Made by a program: the position numbers and the translations under genes. 64,000 nucleotides of DNA, taken from Schizochytrium sp. TIO01 (Eukaryota > Protista > Bigyra: Labyrinthulomycetes). Numbering within the stretch: the first letter of the stretch is position 1; the number at the start of each line of letters is the position of its first letter. Below, piece after piece: positions 49,900-63,712 of the stretch. The notes under the pieces were generated by a model. That model worked only from the letters and a program-made list of their open reading frames with translations, did not search any database and was not told where the DNA came from. Location: positions 4,744,483-4,808,482 of the forward strand of contig SMSO01000032.1 of assembly GCA_004764695.1 (NCBI GenBank). Reading direction: 5' to 3'.

Positions 49900-52622
49900 G
49901 TGAATGAACAAGTGGCTGTGTTGATTGGAGGAGGAGGAGCAGATTACGTGCACAGCGGGTCGAGCAAAAGCAGACCAAGGATCATCATCATCAGCAGGAG
50001 GAGGAGCAGGAGGAGGAGTTCCTAGAACGAGGCTCGGTCTCCGCGAGATCGCCGCTGGCCTGATTGTTGTGAAGAAATTTCACGGCATACACTGAACGAA
50101 CAGTCAACTTGGAGGGGCCCTCCTGCATTTCGCTGGTGCTACTATATTTTCCTCCTCCTCCTTTCTTCAGTTACGCCCAAGGAAAAGGAGGCAACACTCG
50201 CCAAAGGGTGCAGCAGCTGCTGCTGCCGCCGCCCTCTGCGTTTCCCAGCAACCTCTAGAGTATCCACGGAAACCCATCGTAGCGCAAACTTTCGTTTGAC
50301 TCGCACGCGCTCGCGGCTTACTCTTGCACACCTTTCATCGAAAGCTAACACACATACCGTTCTCAATTTCGTGAGCTGCGGGACCAATCTTATTGCCTCG
50401 CCAAGTGACAGCGGAGCCCGTGAGACCGAGCTGGAGGCGCTGGGCGCACATACGCTTGATCTCAGTGCAGGCAAGCGCATGCGAATGCTGCTGCAAATCC
50501 TCGTGATGGGTCTGGAGGGGGCTTTCATAAAGTTAGAATGAAAATGTCCAGCGAAGGTCGTCGTGCCAATCAATGCCCACTCAGCAGTCAGTCACTCACT
50601 CCTATGAATAGTGCTACAGTTTAGGTTAGAAGGCATGTCTTTTGAAAAAGGCCCGGTCCGAGCAGCAGCTTGCAGAAATCCATAGGTGTCCTTTCAACCA
50701 CATCTACGGTCAGCAGCGGCAACGGGCACGACACCTGAACTGGAGATGGCACGGACTGTGGTGGGAAGACATTGTCACGGAGATGACATCATGACAGCGG
50801 TGGACGCGTGGATGTGAATACATATTTTGTTGTTGTGATTGGCAGAGATGATTGTTAGTGAACGGATATGACAGAGATTTAGTGCATCATGTCTACGATC
50901 TTTGATTGGTTCAATCAATTCTTCCCCAGAATAAATGGTTGAATGCGTGCGGCTGGAGTAAAAGTCGATTAATTGTTTGGAGACAAGAAGTCCTATTCGA
51001 CGTAGAGTTTGTGCGGAAAAGAATCGCTGTCAAAAAATGAGGTTGGGGGGGAAACATGCACATGATTGTGCCCGGTCATTGATAAACTATTATTGGATCA
51101 AATCGGCGATTCGACAGAGTAGATACCTGCGGAATTCTATCTAGCATTGGGGGGATATTCGAAAAGGGAGAATTCGTATTCCTCCAGGGCCCAATAAAGC
51201 AAATAATACGATCAGTTCAAAGAATTAAAGCCGAGCCAAAGCCTCTCTTCCACTATTTGATGGGACAAAATTTGGCCGGTTGTTTATAGGTGGTATAAAA
51301 TAATACACCACCCCAATTGAGAGCACACTACCCAACATAATATATATGAATTAGGAATCACCTAACCGCGATTTCAACATAAAGACCAGGTTTTATATTT
51401 TGATGCACAGAACAATAACAAGGTTCTCCTTGAAAAATAAATGAAGTCTTATCTGGACAATTTGTGAGAGTCATATTCTCTTTTCTGATTAATATCCCTC
51501 GTAATTGTGCACTCTCTGTGATAACATAAGCTGCGCTTTTTAGCATATCTCAAGCAATAAATTCCACGTTATTACTGTTATTCGTTGTGTTATCTTTTAT
51601 ACGCCGCGTACTCTCTAGAGTACCACCGAAGCAATATGCTTCTAGTGACAAAAGGAGGAATAAAACGTTCCGTCTTTTGTAAATAGCGGATCATTTTTTA
51701 TTCTCATCCTTTCTTTCTCTCGTTCTGTTTTTTTTTTTTTTTTTTTATATAACCAATTTATAACCGCTTTTTTTTTCGTTGAAATAACAAAAAACAAAGG
51801 ACAAAAAATGCACGGTTCTATCAGGTGTATGTATGTATGTATATATGTATGTATATGTATGTATGTATACATACTACTTTGCCAATAGGAGTCTTGGCGT
51901 GGGGAATTGAAATCCTCAAACAGAAGCTCCAACTTGATGCTCAATGATTTCTGGCTCAATAGCAATACCTCACCCAAGCAAGTTTCTCCTTTCTCTTCAC
52001 CGCTAAACCGATCAGAGTCAGTGCTGACACAGAAACTCCTAATGACAAGATTGTAGTCAACTTTCCCGCAGGAGAAGCTACGGAAAGAACTGCCACAAGG
52101 CCCTGTATACCTTCTGATGCTTTCAGTTCGAAGTGCGCAAAAATGAACTATGTAGGAAAGATGCGAAAGTATCAGATCCTGTTTCTACAAGCTCCTACAA
52201 ACTTCCTGCCATGATCATCGCAATAGAACAAACTCTGCGTTAACATTGTCTATCCTAGCCTCGACCTGCAACAACTATGCAAATTTGCGTAATTATGCGC
52301 TCTCCTGACAACGGCGGTCGATTATAAAGTTCATGAGACGGTTAGAACTCCAATGAGACTGGCATTGGTACAATAATAGAAAGCACTCACCCACTCACTA
52401 GAAGCAACTAGCAGCAGCACACTTATCGTCCGAATTACACAGGTCATAGGAATCAATACAAATCGCCAACACAGCACAAGCGGCTCGCTAGCAAGATAGC
52501 TGCGAAGCAGTATACTTAGCTGTGTCAGCACGACTCTGTATGCCACGGCTGTAGCCTGTCGCTGTGCAAGCGGAGAAAGAGCTGCTGTGCGGAAGTTTTC
52601 AAGCCTCGCCTCCAAAAACACA

Positions 52623-53732
52623 ATGAATGAGGCAGGCTTGCTCACCCGAGTGCTAAGGCTACTCCGAGCAGGCGAGCCGGATACGAGCGATGCAGGGCCA
52701 AACAATGCAGATCAAAGGCCAGCGCTTCGTGTGGGACTTCTTGGAGCGTCAAATATTAGTAAATTTGCCATGATCAACCCGGCAAGCCGAAGAAGTGATG
52801 TTCAAGTATATGGAGTAGCAACACGGACGCCCGGTAAAGCAGCATCTTTTGCTCAAAGCCACGGAATCCCGCATGCATATGATAGCTTTGAAGACCTACT
52901 TGTAGACGAAAGCATCGATGCAGTCTACATCAGCGTTGTTACTGAGGAGCATTTCAGGGTTGGTCTCCAGGCAATTCAAGCTGGAAAACACGTGCTCTTG
53001 GAAAAGCCTTTGGCTCTAACAGCGAAGGACGCGCGTACTTTGTACGAGGCTGCAGACAAACATAATGTTATTCTCATGGAAGCCATGCACTACAAACACC
53101 ATCCGGTTCTTCAACGGGTTCGAGACATCCTCGATTCTGGGGAAATCGGTGAGGTGGAGAATATCCACGTGCGTTTTGCTAAATTTGACACAGCATCACG
53201 TGGGTATCTAGGAGAACCTTACACAGAGGAGAAATTACGCACGAAAATGTTCGATCGCTGGATTTACTGTATTGACTTAATTAACTTTCTCGCACCCAAT
53301 CACAAAGTCAGCCAAGTCCTTGAAGCACATGATGAAGGATTCATTATTCACGGCGAACTTGAGCTCGAAGTTGTGTCCATCACTGAAGGCAGGGCACCTA
53401 TTATCCATGCAACATGGGAAACCGATTGTCAGAGTATGCAAATACTTCCTGATTGGTCGGCTACAGTTGAATGCTCGTTTGGTTCCTTGCAATTACAGAA
53501 CTTCAACTTTCCCTCTTTGTATCATCGTATCTATGTAGAACCTCTACGAGAAAACGCACGTTATGAAACACATTATGGTGAGGATGGTAAAACAACCTTT
53601 GAATATCAACTGGACTCCTTCTGTCAAGCTATTGGACAGAAGGCAGTCGATCCACTAATCGCGCCGGAGGTGACTTTAGCTTCCCTCGATGCTGCTGACC
53701 GAGTACGCGATGCCTTTATTACAACAGAGTAA
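52623..53732 (+). CDS. Gfo/Idh/MocA family NAD(P)-dependent oxidoreductase
   Basis: LRVGLLGASNI, IDAVYI, AGKHVLLEKP, LMEAMHY.HHP and GEIGEV. Confidence 0.92.
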   Translation: MNEAGLLTRVLRLLRAGEPDTSDAGPNNADQRPALRVGLLGASNISKFAMINPASRRSDVQVYGVATRTPGKAASFAQSHGIPHAYDSFEDLLVDESIDAVYISVVTEEHFRVGLQAIQAGKHVLLEKPLALTAKDARTLYEAADKHNVILMEAMHYKHHPVLQRVRDILDSGEIGEVENIHVRFAKFDTASRGYLGEPYTEEKLRTKMFDRWIYCIDLINFLAPNHKVSQVLEAHDEGFIIHGELELEVVSITEGRAPIIHATWETDCQSMQILPDWSATVECSFGSLQLQNFNFPSLYHRIYVEPLRENARYETHYGEDGKTTFEYQLDSFCQAIGQKAVDPLIAPEVTLASLDAADRVRDAFITTE

Positions 53733-54756
53733 ACTGTATCCCCGTGTTTTACCTTTCGTTTTTAAATGAAATTCCCAAGTAGAAATGAATAATGTGTAAT
53801 TCAAACTAGACAAAACTCAAAACAATTTTGGTTGTCGTATTACCTTTCTTACTGCTATATGTTGATTGATCAGACATGGAATTTGCCGTTTTAGGCATCC
53901 ATACTTCTTTCTACGCTTCATGTGGAACATAGGTTTTTGTATTTGCACGAACATTCCTTGCTTGAAGGAGTAGGCCAAGATTTACAAACTGCGCATGAAT
54001 AGGTCCATATGTACCAGACAAATATAAGCTCATCGACCCAGAGCACGGAAGTCGCTCACAGGGTCTCGCGCACGCAGCAAGGAGAGAAAAAGAGATACAA
54101 GGAGAAATTTATAGTGAGAAAGGAAAAATAACATCATATGTGTAAAGTAGTGAACCTGAACGACGGACAGCTCATGCAAGAGCTTCAATTCCCAACAAAC
54201 GCACAAGCAATGCCTTCGTAGACCTGACGCAGGCTTTATTTAAGAACATAAACAGTTTTGTTCGCCCGCGGCCTCTGAGTGTTTTTCATCTATGACTAGG
54301 CAGTGTCTGACAGGATCTAATAAAGAACATTGATTGAGGGAAATGACATGTGTAATTTGGCGCATTAATGCTCGAGTACAAGGTCGCGCCTGCTCGACGC
54401 GACTTTGTGCTAATTGTGTGTAGGCCATTTTCATTTTGCCGCAACAACAGATTGCCACGAAATCATACATAACCTACACAGACTTTGGGTCAATACCCTC
54501 GTACTTGCTTTCGAAAAACAAAGATAATAAGTCATCTGACTGACTATTATGCTTTGCGGAACAGGAGATTCGTATCCCATGTTCAAATTATTTCGTTGGA
54601 TTCAACCGGTATGCTCGAAGATGTGAAGTGATGAGGAAAATGGTAACTCCTAAAGGAGGATCGTGTTACCAAACTCGGAATAAAGCAACGCACAAAATCG
54701 AGACACCAGGGAATAAACGATAACAATTGTAACTATGTGCGAGTACGATTGTCAGA

Positions 54757-56001
54757 TTATGCGCCGTATCGTTGAACGTTGCGCTTATCTATCGCATAAC
54801 TACGTTTCTCAGCTGCCTTAAATTGCATAGCCTTTTTGGCGCCACCAACCTGGCGTCCAGCAAATGTTGGCATTTGTAAGTCGTACAGGTCGCCTTCGTC
54901 CGCCGAGTCGTACATATCGAATGAAGAGGGACTGTCACGTCCGTAGTTCCGCGACTTGCGCTCATGTGGAGGTGGCGAGCGTTGGCGTGCACGATATGAC
55001 TGCCCACCTCCCCCTCCTCCTCGGCCTGCATTACTTCCAGTATCCGACTTTTTCTTGGTTGCCGATACGGTTTCCCACGATGCCATTTCGGCCTCATCCT
55101 CACCAATAACCGACTCGTCAATCTTACCAACAGCGGAACGGTGCGACCCGCGGGGGTTTCCAAAGACTGCATCATCGGAGCTGATTCTATGCGGCAGGTG
55201 CGCGTTGAGTTCATCGTCCGTGCCTTCATCTTCATCTTCAGACCACATTAGCGCTGCAAAGTTGTTCTTATTGCCGTCATTGGACTCATGCGACTTAGAT
55301 CGCCGCAGCTTCGAAGCTGCCGCCTGCATGGCAGTTGCCGAGTTCTTGCGCTGGGGTACCTCCTTGCGTCTTTGCTGTTGCTGCTCCTGTGGTACGTGTC
55401 CTGCGCCAAAGTTTTGGTTGTGATTTTGGTTTTGCATACTCTGGTTGTTTTGACCAAAGCTGTGGCTGCGGTTGCGGCTTCCATCAAGCTGCATAGGCGG
55501 CACGATAGGGTCCTGTGGCATATGCGCGGGCTCCATATTGGGAGACAGGGTAGATCTGGGCATACCGCTGGGTCTCGGCGAGAGCGGAACAAGCGGCTTT
55601 TCGAAGAGAGTCTGATTATAGACACCCATGAGAAGCTGGCGCCCGGTTTCGGAGAGTGCCCGAGTGCGGTTGGACCTCGCCATCTGCGCATGAGCTCCGG
55701 CTACGGCATCCATGGAAGCCTTTCTCGGGGCAGAGTTCGCGAGAGGGGACCCAACAGAAGCCTTCTCGAGCACATTGGGTGCTGACGAACAGGGCACAAG
55801 CGGAGCATGGGACGGTTCCGTAAAGGATTGGGCGCGGCCGCGTCGGTTGTCGGAGCGGCTGTGCATTGGCGCGGCGCGATCAACGTGGGAGTGGTAGAGA
55901 GGTTTAGATTCGTCGCTGCTTCCCACGCCCATGAGCAGCGAGGCCGAGGCGGAGGGAGTGCCGCGAGACTCGCTGCTGGCACCAGATCCGCTGCCCATCA
56001 T
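54757..56001 (-). CDS. Hypothetical intrinsically disordered protein
   Basis: Long ORF (first ATG 56001), rich in S/P/Q/G, with many RxxS sites and a basic helical C-terminus. Confidence 0.7.
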   Translation of the reverse strand: MMGSGSGASSESRGTPSASASLLMGVGSSDESKPLYHSHVDRAAPMHSRSDNRRGRAQSFTEPSHAPLVPCSSAPNVLEKASVGSPLANSAPRKASMDAVAGAHAQMARSNRTRALSETGRQLLMGVYNQTLFEKPLVPLSPRPSGMPRSTLSPNMEPAHMPQDPIVPPMQLDGSRNRSHSFGQNNQSMQNQNHNQNFGAGHVPQEQQQQRRKEVPQRKNSATAMQAAASKLRRSKSHESNDGNKNNFAALMWSEDEDEGTDDELNAHLPHRISSDDAVFGNPRGSHRSAVGKIDESVIGEDEAEMASWETVSATKKKSDTGSNAGRGGGGGGQSYRARQRSPPPHERKSRNYGRDSPSSFDMYDSADEGDLYDLQMPTFAGRQVGGAKKAMQFKAAEKRSYAIDKRNVQRYGA

Positions 56002-56781
56002 GAAATGTACGAACCCGAGCCGGGAGAACCTGCGCCCGACCGCGATTTCCGAACTGCTCGCACCTGCAACCAGACAGCCAGATTCCAAGAGAGTGACGCG
56101 GACCCTGCGAGGCTGGGAACTCCTCGCGAAGCCGCGTTCAAGCCCTGAGGCTGAGATTGACTCGCTAGCTTTGACGAATTGATTTTTATTTATTGTTATC
56201 CCCAGATTTCCTTTTCTTTTGATAATTCTTTGGCCCTTTCCAAGTGCTACCGTTCTCCCTACCGGCGGCCCTACCGGGCCTTCGAAGAGATCTGCGAAAG
56301 AGGAAAAGGCGAGGAAAGAAAAAGAAGATTAGATCAACTTATTAGCACTAAAGAAAAGATTCACCCATCCTTCTCTCACCGTGGAGACGACCGCCCCGTT
56401 CCACCCCGCCCAGGCCGCTCTCGACCCGCGGCACGAAGGCAGCCCAGCCCACGCCCGGTGCCTGCCTACCTGAGCTCCGGGCCTGCAAATGGTCTCTCGA
56501 CACCGCTCCGTCGATGGATTGGTCTGTGGCGGAAGACTTTGCTTTTCTTCCTTCCTTCCTAAGCTCTTCCTTTCTTTTAAGCTCTTTCTTTCTTTTAAGC
56601 GCTTTCTTTCCCTCCAATAGTTTCTCTCTTCTTCAGACTATGAGAGGAAAGAGAAACCTGTTTTAGGTTGGATATGCTTCGCTCCAATTGATTGAGTGAT
56701 TAACAGTTGATTGAATGAATGAAAGTGGGCGTATCTCTCTCTCTCTCTGTCTGTCTCTGTGACACTATCAAATCTCTCCTC

Positions 56782-56852
56782 CATTGCATTGCATTGCATT
56801 CATTGCATTGCATTGCATTCATTGCATTGCATTGATTGCATTGCATTGCATT
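56782..56852. repeat. (CATTG)n microsatellite
   Basis: Direct reading. Confidence 0.9.
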
Positions 56853-59800
56853 CTTTGGTCTTTCAGTCTCCAGTCTTGAAGAGGGAAAGAAAGGAAAGCA
56901 AGACTGACTGACTAAGTAAGTATCAGAACTGGATACGCCCGCCTCTTGGGAGCAGGCATCGTCAGTCCACTTGCAGCCCTGCGTTCACTCTCTGCTGTGC
57001 GAGGAGGCCTCAGGGCGGGCGCTTGACTTGCTTTCCCTCTCTCCGCTGCAATGCAGTTTGGAGGAGGCTGAGTCAGGTTTTCCTCCTTTGATTCAATAAT
57101 TCTTTCTTTCGTGTTTCTTTCTTTCGTGTTTCTCTCTCGCCAGAATGAACGGTCAATCAATCAATGCAGCAATACAATACATCAATGAGTCAACAAATGC
57201 AAAAACAATCAATGCGTCAATCGATCAATCAATCAATCGACCAATCAACCAATCGACCAATCAATCGATCAATCAATCATTCAATGCGGACGTTCTGTCT
57301 TTTTGTGGTTTTTGTTCGTTTGTTTGTTCTTCATTGAGGAATGCCGGAGCCAGCACCCGTGGAACAGCGTCGGAACCGACACGGAACTTGCGCGGGTACG
57401 GGGAAACCCGCCGCAGACCGCCCGCGGAGACAACGGAGACAACGGAGACAAGCGCGCTGCGCCGTAGCCTCGAAGGATCTCGACGCGAGCTCTGCGAAGG
57501 GCGAAAGGGACGAAGCCGGCAGCAGGCCTTTGCACAAGGTGCATCCACTCTGGACCTCTTGAGTCTAGTCCAGCCAGAGGCTTGCTTGTGTGTTGGGTAA
57601 AACACAAGTTTATGGGACGTATGGAAGGTCTAAGGGAGACTAGAAAGGAAGACCAATGTGGATCTCGCGAGCACGAGAATGACGATGAGGTTGTTTGTTT
57701 GTGCTGCTTGTGTGTGCTGTTTGCGGTGCAGAAAACCTGATATGGATGGCGCAGGTTGAGCAGGACCTGATGGGGTACCGTAGGCGCAAAAGAAGTTGAA
57801 GCTAGGTTTCGCATGCGTTCGTGATCGCTTTGAGAGAGAGCTTCACTTCACTAGGTCAGAATTGCAATAGCGATGAGGAGAACGAGAACATCAAGAACTT
57901 CTACTGCTGCCAAAGACATAGTATGGTGGCATGTATGACGCACTGCACTGCTCCACTAGCTTTCCTTTTGGAGATCCACGAACACGAGTACAATGGATGT
58001 AAAACGAGGCTCATCCTGACTTGCATTGGGGGGGAGGAGGAGAAGGTGGAGTTGGTAGCATTCATTGTGGGGTGGCATAACATTACCACGCAGCCATGGA
58101 AGCACTGGGTATTGTCGCGAACGAGGGAAAATCATGTTGATCAGTGGCCAGTATTGCTCCAGCTGTGCATCGATTTTTTTTTTTTTAACATTTGAGTATT
58201 GTGAGTCGCCGGTCTAGTGAGGCAAGAAACGCGCCAAACTTCGTGCATGCCACGTTTGTATTACTTGAAACGCTGAGAATTTATACCGATACTATCGCCC
58301 AAAGTTCTGCAAGGTACAATATGTTCTCCTTTAAAAGGTGATTTAAAAAGGAAACAATGTTTTTGATAATAATCCACGTCCTTAGTAACTCGTTGTACTA
58401 AAAGTAAACCGTTGAAGTACGATATACCAGTTCAGAATGTATCGCACTCAGAAGAGAAATTCAATATTTGATTTTTTATTGGAAAAACGAAATTGAAGAA
58501 ATAAATGCAAGATCCTGCTTCGATTGTTATTTCCTGTGAAATTTTGCATTTTATGGTGCCGTTCTATTGTCTTAAACTACACCAAGATAAGCCTTATCGG
58601 GATATTAAACTCTAAGCAATCTTTGAAATTTGATCAAATTTATTATCCTTTTATTGAACCGGTAGATATAGTATCTTGTTAATTGTTTTATCCAGCTTTC
58701 TTCACAAAGCACATCATGACGCCTTGCAAAAGATTCCCTTGATGGACTAAGTTCCTGAGTAATCCATCTATTGCAACACTTTATTTGTGCAATTCACACT
58801 TTCTTTGGGCGGAGAAGGGTGCTTTACTTGCTCTTCACGTGTTGCTGCATGAGGAACTATTCTGCAATGAATACTATGCTACGTGAGTAAGTACAGTCAC
58901 TATGAGAAACTCGATTTGGCCGCTATCCTGGATACGTGTAGAACATAGAGTACACCCCTTATCGTCATGACGATGCCTCTAGAAAAAGGAAACAACACAG
59001 AGCCAGAACGGGGCCAAGATGCCATGTAATACGAAGTCTACCTATGTAGTTAACGACAATTGCAAGGGCCTTACCTACTCTTAAACTAGTCAGGCTGAGT
59101 CTCCATTCACCAACCAGAACACTCTTTTCAATGAGACCGTCATTGTAAACAATCTATATGTCCACCTTGCCTCGTTTCTGTGGTCCTCCTCAGGTTCTCA
59201 AGGGCGGACCTTAGTCGTTATTGCCCCTACCCAAGCGACGTCACTTTGTCGTTATCCCATCCCTCATGCATTCATCCATTCGTTAATTCATGTAATCATC
59301 CCCCAGACCTCCTCCTAATTCGGTACGGAGTGCGTCGGGATTACATCTATCCAGCTCCACCCACCCCTCCTGAAGCGAGCAGCACCGTCGCGACTGAAGA
59401 GCGAGCGTGTTCCATAAGTCCATCTGATCGTGCAGCTGACTCTGAGTCGAACTAACTCCCATCTTGGTCGTCCATAGTGCCATGTTCTTCAAGTTCCGCA
59501 GCAGTAGAACCTAGCTACTTCCCTCTAGCACACGAGGGTTCTTCGTATCAGTAAGCAATTACAAACACACAAAAGCTCTATGTCCACCTTGCTAACAGCT
59601 TCTTACCGGAAAAGCTAGCGCACCGTATTTGCTTGCTTGCTTATTGTCACAACAGTTTTCAATCTCAACTTGAAGGGCACGGGGTTTCTTTCTCTTGCAG
59701 GAGGCCTCGCCGTAACGCACGGCGACTGGCCAGCCCCACCCAAGCAGCGCGAGAGGCGGCGTCAGGCAAGCAGCACGGCATTTCACTCGGCCGAGGGAGA

Positions 59801-61032
59801 GTCGAGACTCGCGATGGAGTGCACGGCGGAAGGGAAAATGGAGACGAGAGCCGGAAGGACCGCCATCTTGAATGGCGTTGAAAACTCATACTATACTCGT
59901 ATCTAAACCTCCGCCGCAACTTATTTCTCACGCCGCATCTGCGCCCCGCCGCGTGCGGGGAGACCACCACGCGTGCTGTGAGAGAGAAACCAGACCTGGC
60001 GGATTCTGTATACTCTTATCGAGCTACACGCCGTGTTCTGGTATTAGTGGGTACACGTGATGCGAGGCCTGATACGCGGGGTCTGTTGAGAGCCAGAGAG
60101 AGGGGAATAGGTCGTGCAGAGAGAAAAGGACAGCGAAAAGAAAGAGAAGGGCGGTGCAAGAGAGGAGCTCGTCACTGGTGAGGGGAAAAGAAGGTTTCCT
60201 CCTCTCACTGGGCGTGCTGTTTTGCGGTGTTTGCTGTGAAAAGAAGGGAGCTAGCGAGAGGGGGAAGAGTTAAAAAGAAAGGAGAGAGAAGAGAGAGAAG
60301 AGAGGAGCAAAAAGAGAACTAAGAGGTGTCTATTCAGCAGTAGGGAAGTGGTGGTGGTAATTTGTAAATAAAGAACGAATGAAGGAGCACGTATAAAGAA
60401 GTGAAATAAATTAGAGCAATAACTGCGAGAGTCACAGAAGCCGAGCAAAGGCAGGCAAGGCAATCAGCGTATTGGCAGGTTGCCACAGAGCCCTATCGAG
60501 GAAAAGTCTTTGGCAGCAGCAGGCATCGAGCTCTGGCAGGAGCAGAAGGCAGAGCAGCAAGAGTGACAAGGTCTGGTTAGAGAACTAATTTTTGCATCGC
60601 CGGGAACGAGAGAGACACCAGTCGCCAGGGCCCGCGCCAATCACTGCAAAGACCACCGAGCTAGCCAGAGAAGTTGGTGGAGGAAAGCGGCTAGAGGAGC
60701 GCCAAGGAAATCAAGGAGAGGAAGCGGTACTGTAAAGGAGAGCGGAGCTTTTCAGAAACCAGAAGCACGCGTGAAAAGTCGCAGGAGTACAGCGTCCGGT
60801 GAAGTAGCGGAACCTGGTGGCCCTTAGACCAGTAGAAGTCACCTAAGCAAACACTAGCTAACAAGACGGGAAACGTTGAAGAAGTGAGAGAGCAACTGCA
60901 ATAACAGGCATCTTTGAGGACTCTGAAATCCTCAACAAAAGCAAAGTGAGCGCAGTCTAAAGCACTCACAAAGAAACCACAACGTCAAAACTGAATTGCT
61001 GCAGATAAGCTAGCTAACTCCGGACAGCGAAA

Positions 61033-61974
61033 ATGGATGGATTTGTCACGTCGTCTATGGGCATGGCTGCCATGGATGGCGTGACGATACTAAGCGGAAC
61101 AAAACAACTCCGTCAAACTGTAGAAATTCTTGGTCAGTACTTTAGCGACAATGTCGCAGATATCGAGGCGACTCTCGCCAAGGAGAACGCCCAAAATGCA
61201 TCTGGGGAAACTTATGTTCGTAGTGTACTCGGGTGTGTTGATGCGGATGGCGATGTGCAAGCAGCAACCATTTGCTTTGTTAGGACTATTCCCAAAGCTG
61301 GGCTGAAGATTGTGGAGATCGTGTGGTTTGCTTCTCGCGCCAAGGGCAATGGATGGGGCAACAGACTCTTCAGGGGTGTCGTGGAGGCCTCCAAGGGCAT
61401 TGGTGCTGATGCCATTCTCAGCACCAGCACGAACTCGGCACTTCGCTTTTGGCTTACTCGCACGAATATCCGTATGGCTGATGCTGTCATTCGCAACAAG
61501 GATCGTAGGGCAATTGAATGGCCTCGTGAGCTTGGTTTCAAAGTTGTGCCAGCGCCATCCAGCAGCGTTATGGAACGCCTTTACACAAGTGTCATCGTAC
61601 GCAACCGTAAGGGCCGAATGGTTGGCGACTTTGAAGGCAAGCCTTACTACTACGACGTGAACACGAGCAACCATGTCTGGTACCTGCTCAACCGCAACCT
61701 TCATATGAAATCTGTAACACACAAGCCTGGCACTCGATTCGAGCTGAAAGAGAATGTCCCGGTGTTTGCGCCCAAGGTGTCTAACAATCAGGCCATTTCA
61801 CGCCTTGAAGAAAAGGTTCATATTGTTGAAACCTTGAAGATCCAGACCACAACTGTGTCTTCAGGTGGAAGCCTCCTTGTGGTAGAAAGCCTTGTCCCTC
61901 AGATCGAGGAGCTTTCAGTAGCAGGTGATGAGGAATACCCTACCCCTGCCTCCACGCCCTCGCTGCCGATGTAA
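61033..61974 (+). CDS. GNAT-fold acetyltransferase-like protein
   Basis: IVEIVWFAS-RAKGNGWGNRLF (acetyl-CoA binding motif A-like), followed by A..IGADAIL.TSTNSALRFW. Confidence 0.7.
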   Translation: MDGFVTSSMGMAAMDGVTILSGTKQLRQTVEILGQYFSDNVADIEATLAKENAQNASGETYVRSVLGCVDADGDVQAATICFVRTIPKAGLKIVEIVWFASRAKGNGWGNRLFRGVVEASKGIGADAILSTSTNSALRFWLTRTNIRMADAVIRNKDRRAIEWPRELGFKVVPAPSSSVMERLYTSVIVRNRKGRMVGDFEGKPYYYDVNTSNHVWYLLNRNLHMKSVTHKPGTRFELKENVPVFAPKVSNNQAISRLEEKVHIVETLKIQTTTVSSGGSLLVVESLVPQIEELSVAGDEEYPTPASTPSLPM

Positions 61975-63017
61975 ACTTCAAATTCGAAGGGAACCTCTCA
62001 GCAGTACTGTTTTTGGATCCTGCTTCTTTTTAATTATCTAGTCTCTCAGACACTCTGTTCGGGAATAGTCAAATGCCTTGTCACCTAACATTTACCTCAT
62101 TCAAATTAACCATGCAGTAGCAGAAGCGCTGTTATGTTTTTATTCTAGTAGTCCATCTCTATTTAGCTGTAATTTGGATAGCCTCAGCTGGTATTACTTG
62201 CAACTGTTAATCTTCCATAAAAAAGGTTTACATGATGTCATTCATTTTTTTGCTGTCTTGCAGATGAAAGTTATGCCATTCATATTCTAATTTATTTTTG
62301 TTCTATTTGTCATCTCTGTCCCCGTGCTCTGTACTACTCAAGACGAAACTTAATGTTTTTGTGCATTTTCCTCCTGTAAAGGTTGACCTGAAAAAGGTAG
62401 AATAAGCTAGCCAGCGACCTAAGTATGGACTCAAACTCAACTACCTAACCGGCGTTCCATAAGTTCGACCAAACCCTATAGTCCCACAGTACCTCACTTT
62501 AGTCCTTACCGATATACCCTATGGTTTACAATATATGAGGCGCCTAATGATAAACGGTCTTTAAATTGCGCGTTGCGCTGCGTCCGTGCTTTAAATTCAC
62601 TAGTAGTGATTAAATACTTCCTAACAGTAAGAGGCCTATCTCGCGACAGCTCAAGGCCACAAGAACCTCTCGTTATAAGCTCGTTAGTTGGTTCGTTAGT
62701 GCGATGGTTGAATTGGTTGTTAGTTAAGCAGCCTTCGGTTTAAGAGTTTAGGATGAAGTACACGAAAGCGATGAAGGTCGGCGCATGTAAGCGAGGTGAG
62801 GTAGCGTGGCCTATGGACATAAAATGCAGGATTGATACATCTTTACGGCCTAGTGATGAGATGTGTAATAAACTCCCTCCGAATGAATTCATAAAATTGA
62901 TGAATTTAATCGAAATGACAGAATTCTATGGAAATGAAATGCGACGAGATGAACTGGATCATGAATATATGTTAACGAGGCAAAACAAAGCGAGGAGCTT
63001 CTACTAAATATAATGCG

Positions 63018-63050
<33 letters not shown>
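63018..63050. repeat. (GCTT)n microsatellite
   Basis: Direct reading. Confidence 0.9.
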
Positions 63051-63051
<1 letters not shown>

Positions 63052-63712
63052 TGCTCACCTTCCATTCGTCACCAGCAAACCCAACCGTTGTGTTCTAGCT
63101 TTAGTAAAGCTCTCTATGCATGAAACTATCTTCCTCTCGCAAGAACATCATCCTGATTGATCTTCAAGTTTGACATCTGCCCTTGTGAATTTTAATTTCA
63201 TAATGTTAAATTAGCCATGTATCATTCTGTACGTAGGTTGGTACTTCTTGCCATCAATTATTTTCGATTCACATGAAGCTCGTATCAAGAAACCCCTCCT
63301 TCCACGCTAATCTCCACTAACCCCTTATACCGTCTAAAGGCGGTTTATCCAAGTGAGTTAAACCCGCGCGTAAGTGAGTTATAGCTGACCTACAATAGGC
63401 TATTTGGGTCGTACACAGTAGAGCAAAGAAGAGCAGCGAAGGAGGAGAAGAAAGCCTCTCGTTTCCTCTCCTTGTTGTTGATTGTTGCTTGTTTGGCGCG
63501 AGAGGAGCTTGTGCGGCTCTGCGCATCCAACTTTCTATTCTCCGCGAGGAAGCACAGGGTCGGTGGGACTGAGGTTGTTCTTCCGCGTCTTCCAGCGTCG
63601 CCTCTGCTGAGTTGTGTGGGTGGCTTTGCGTGGAGTTTTAGTTGCTGGAGAGCAGCGGGTTTGATCGCAGAGCGAGATCGATTGACAGGGAGATCTAATT
63701 TGACGAAGAAGG

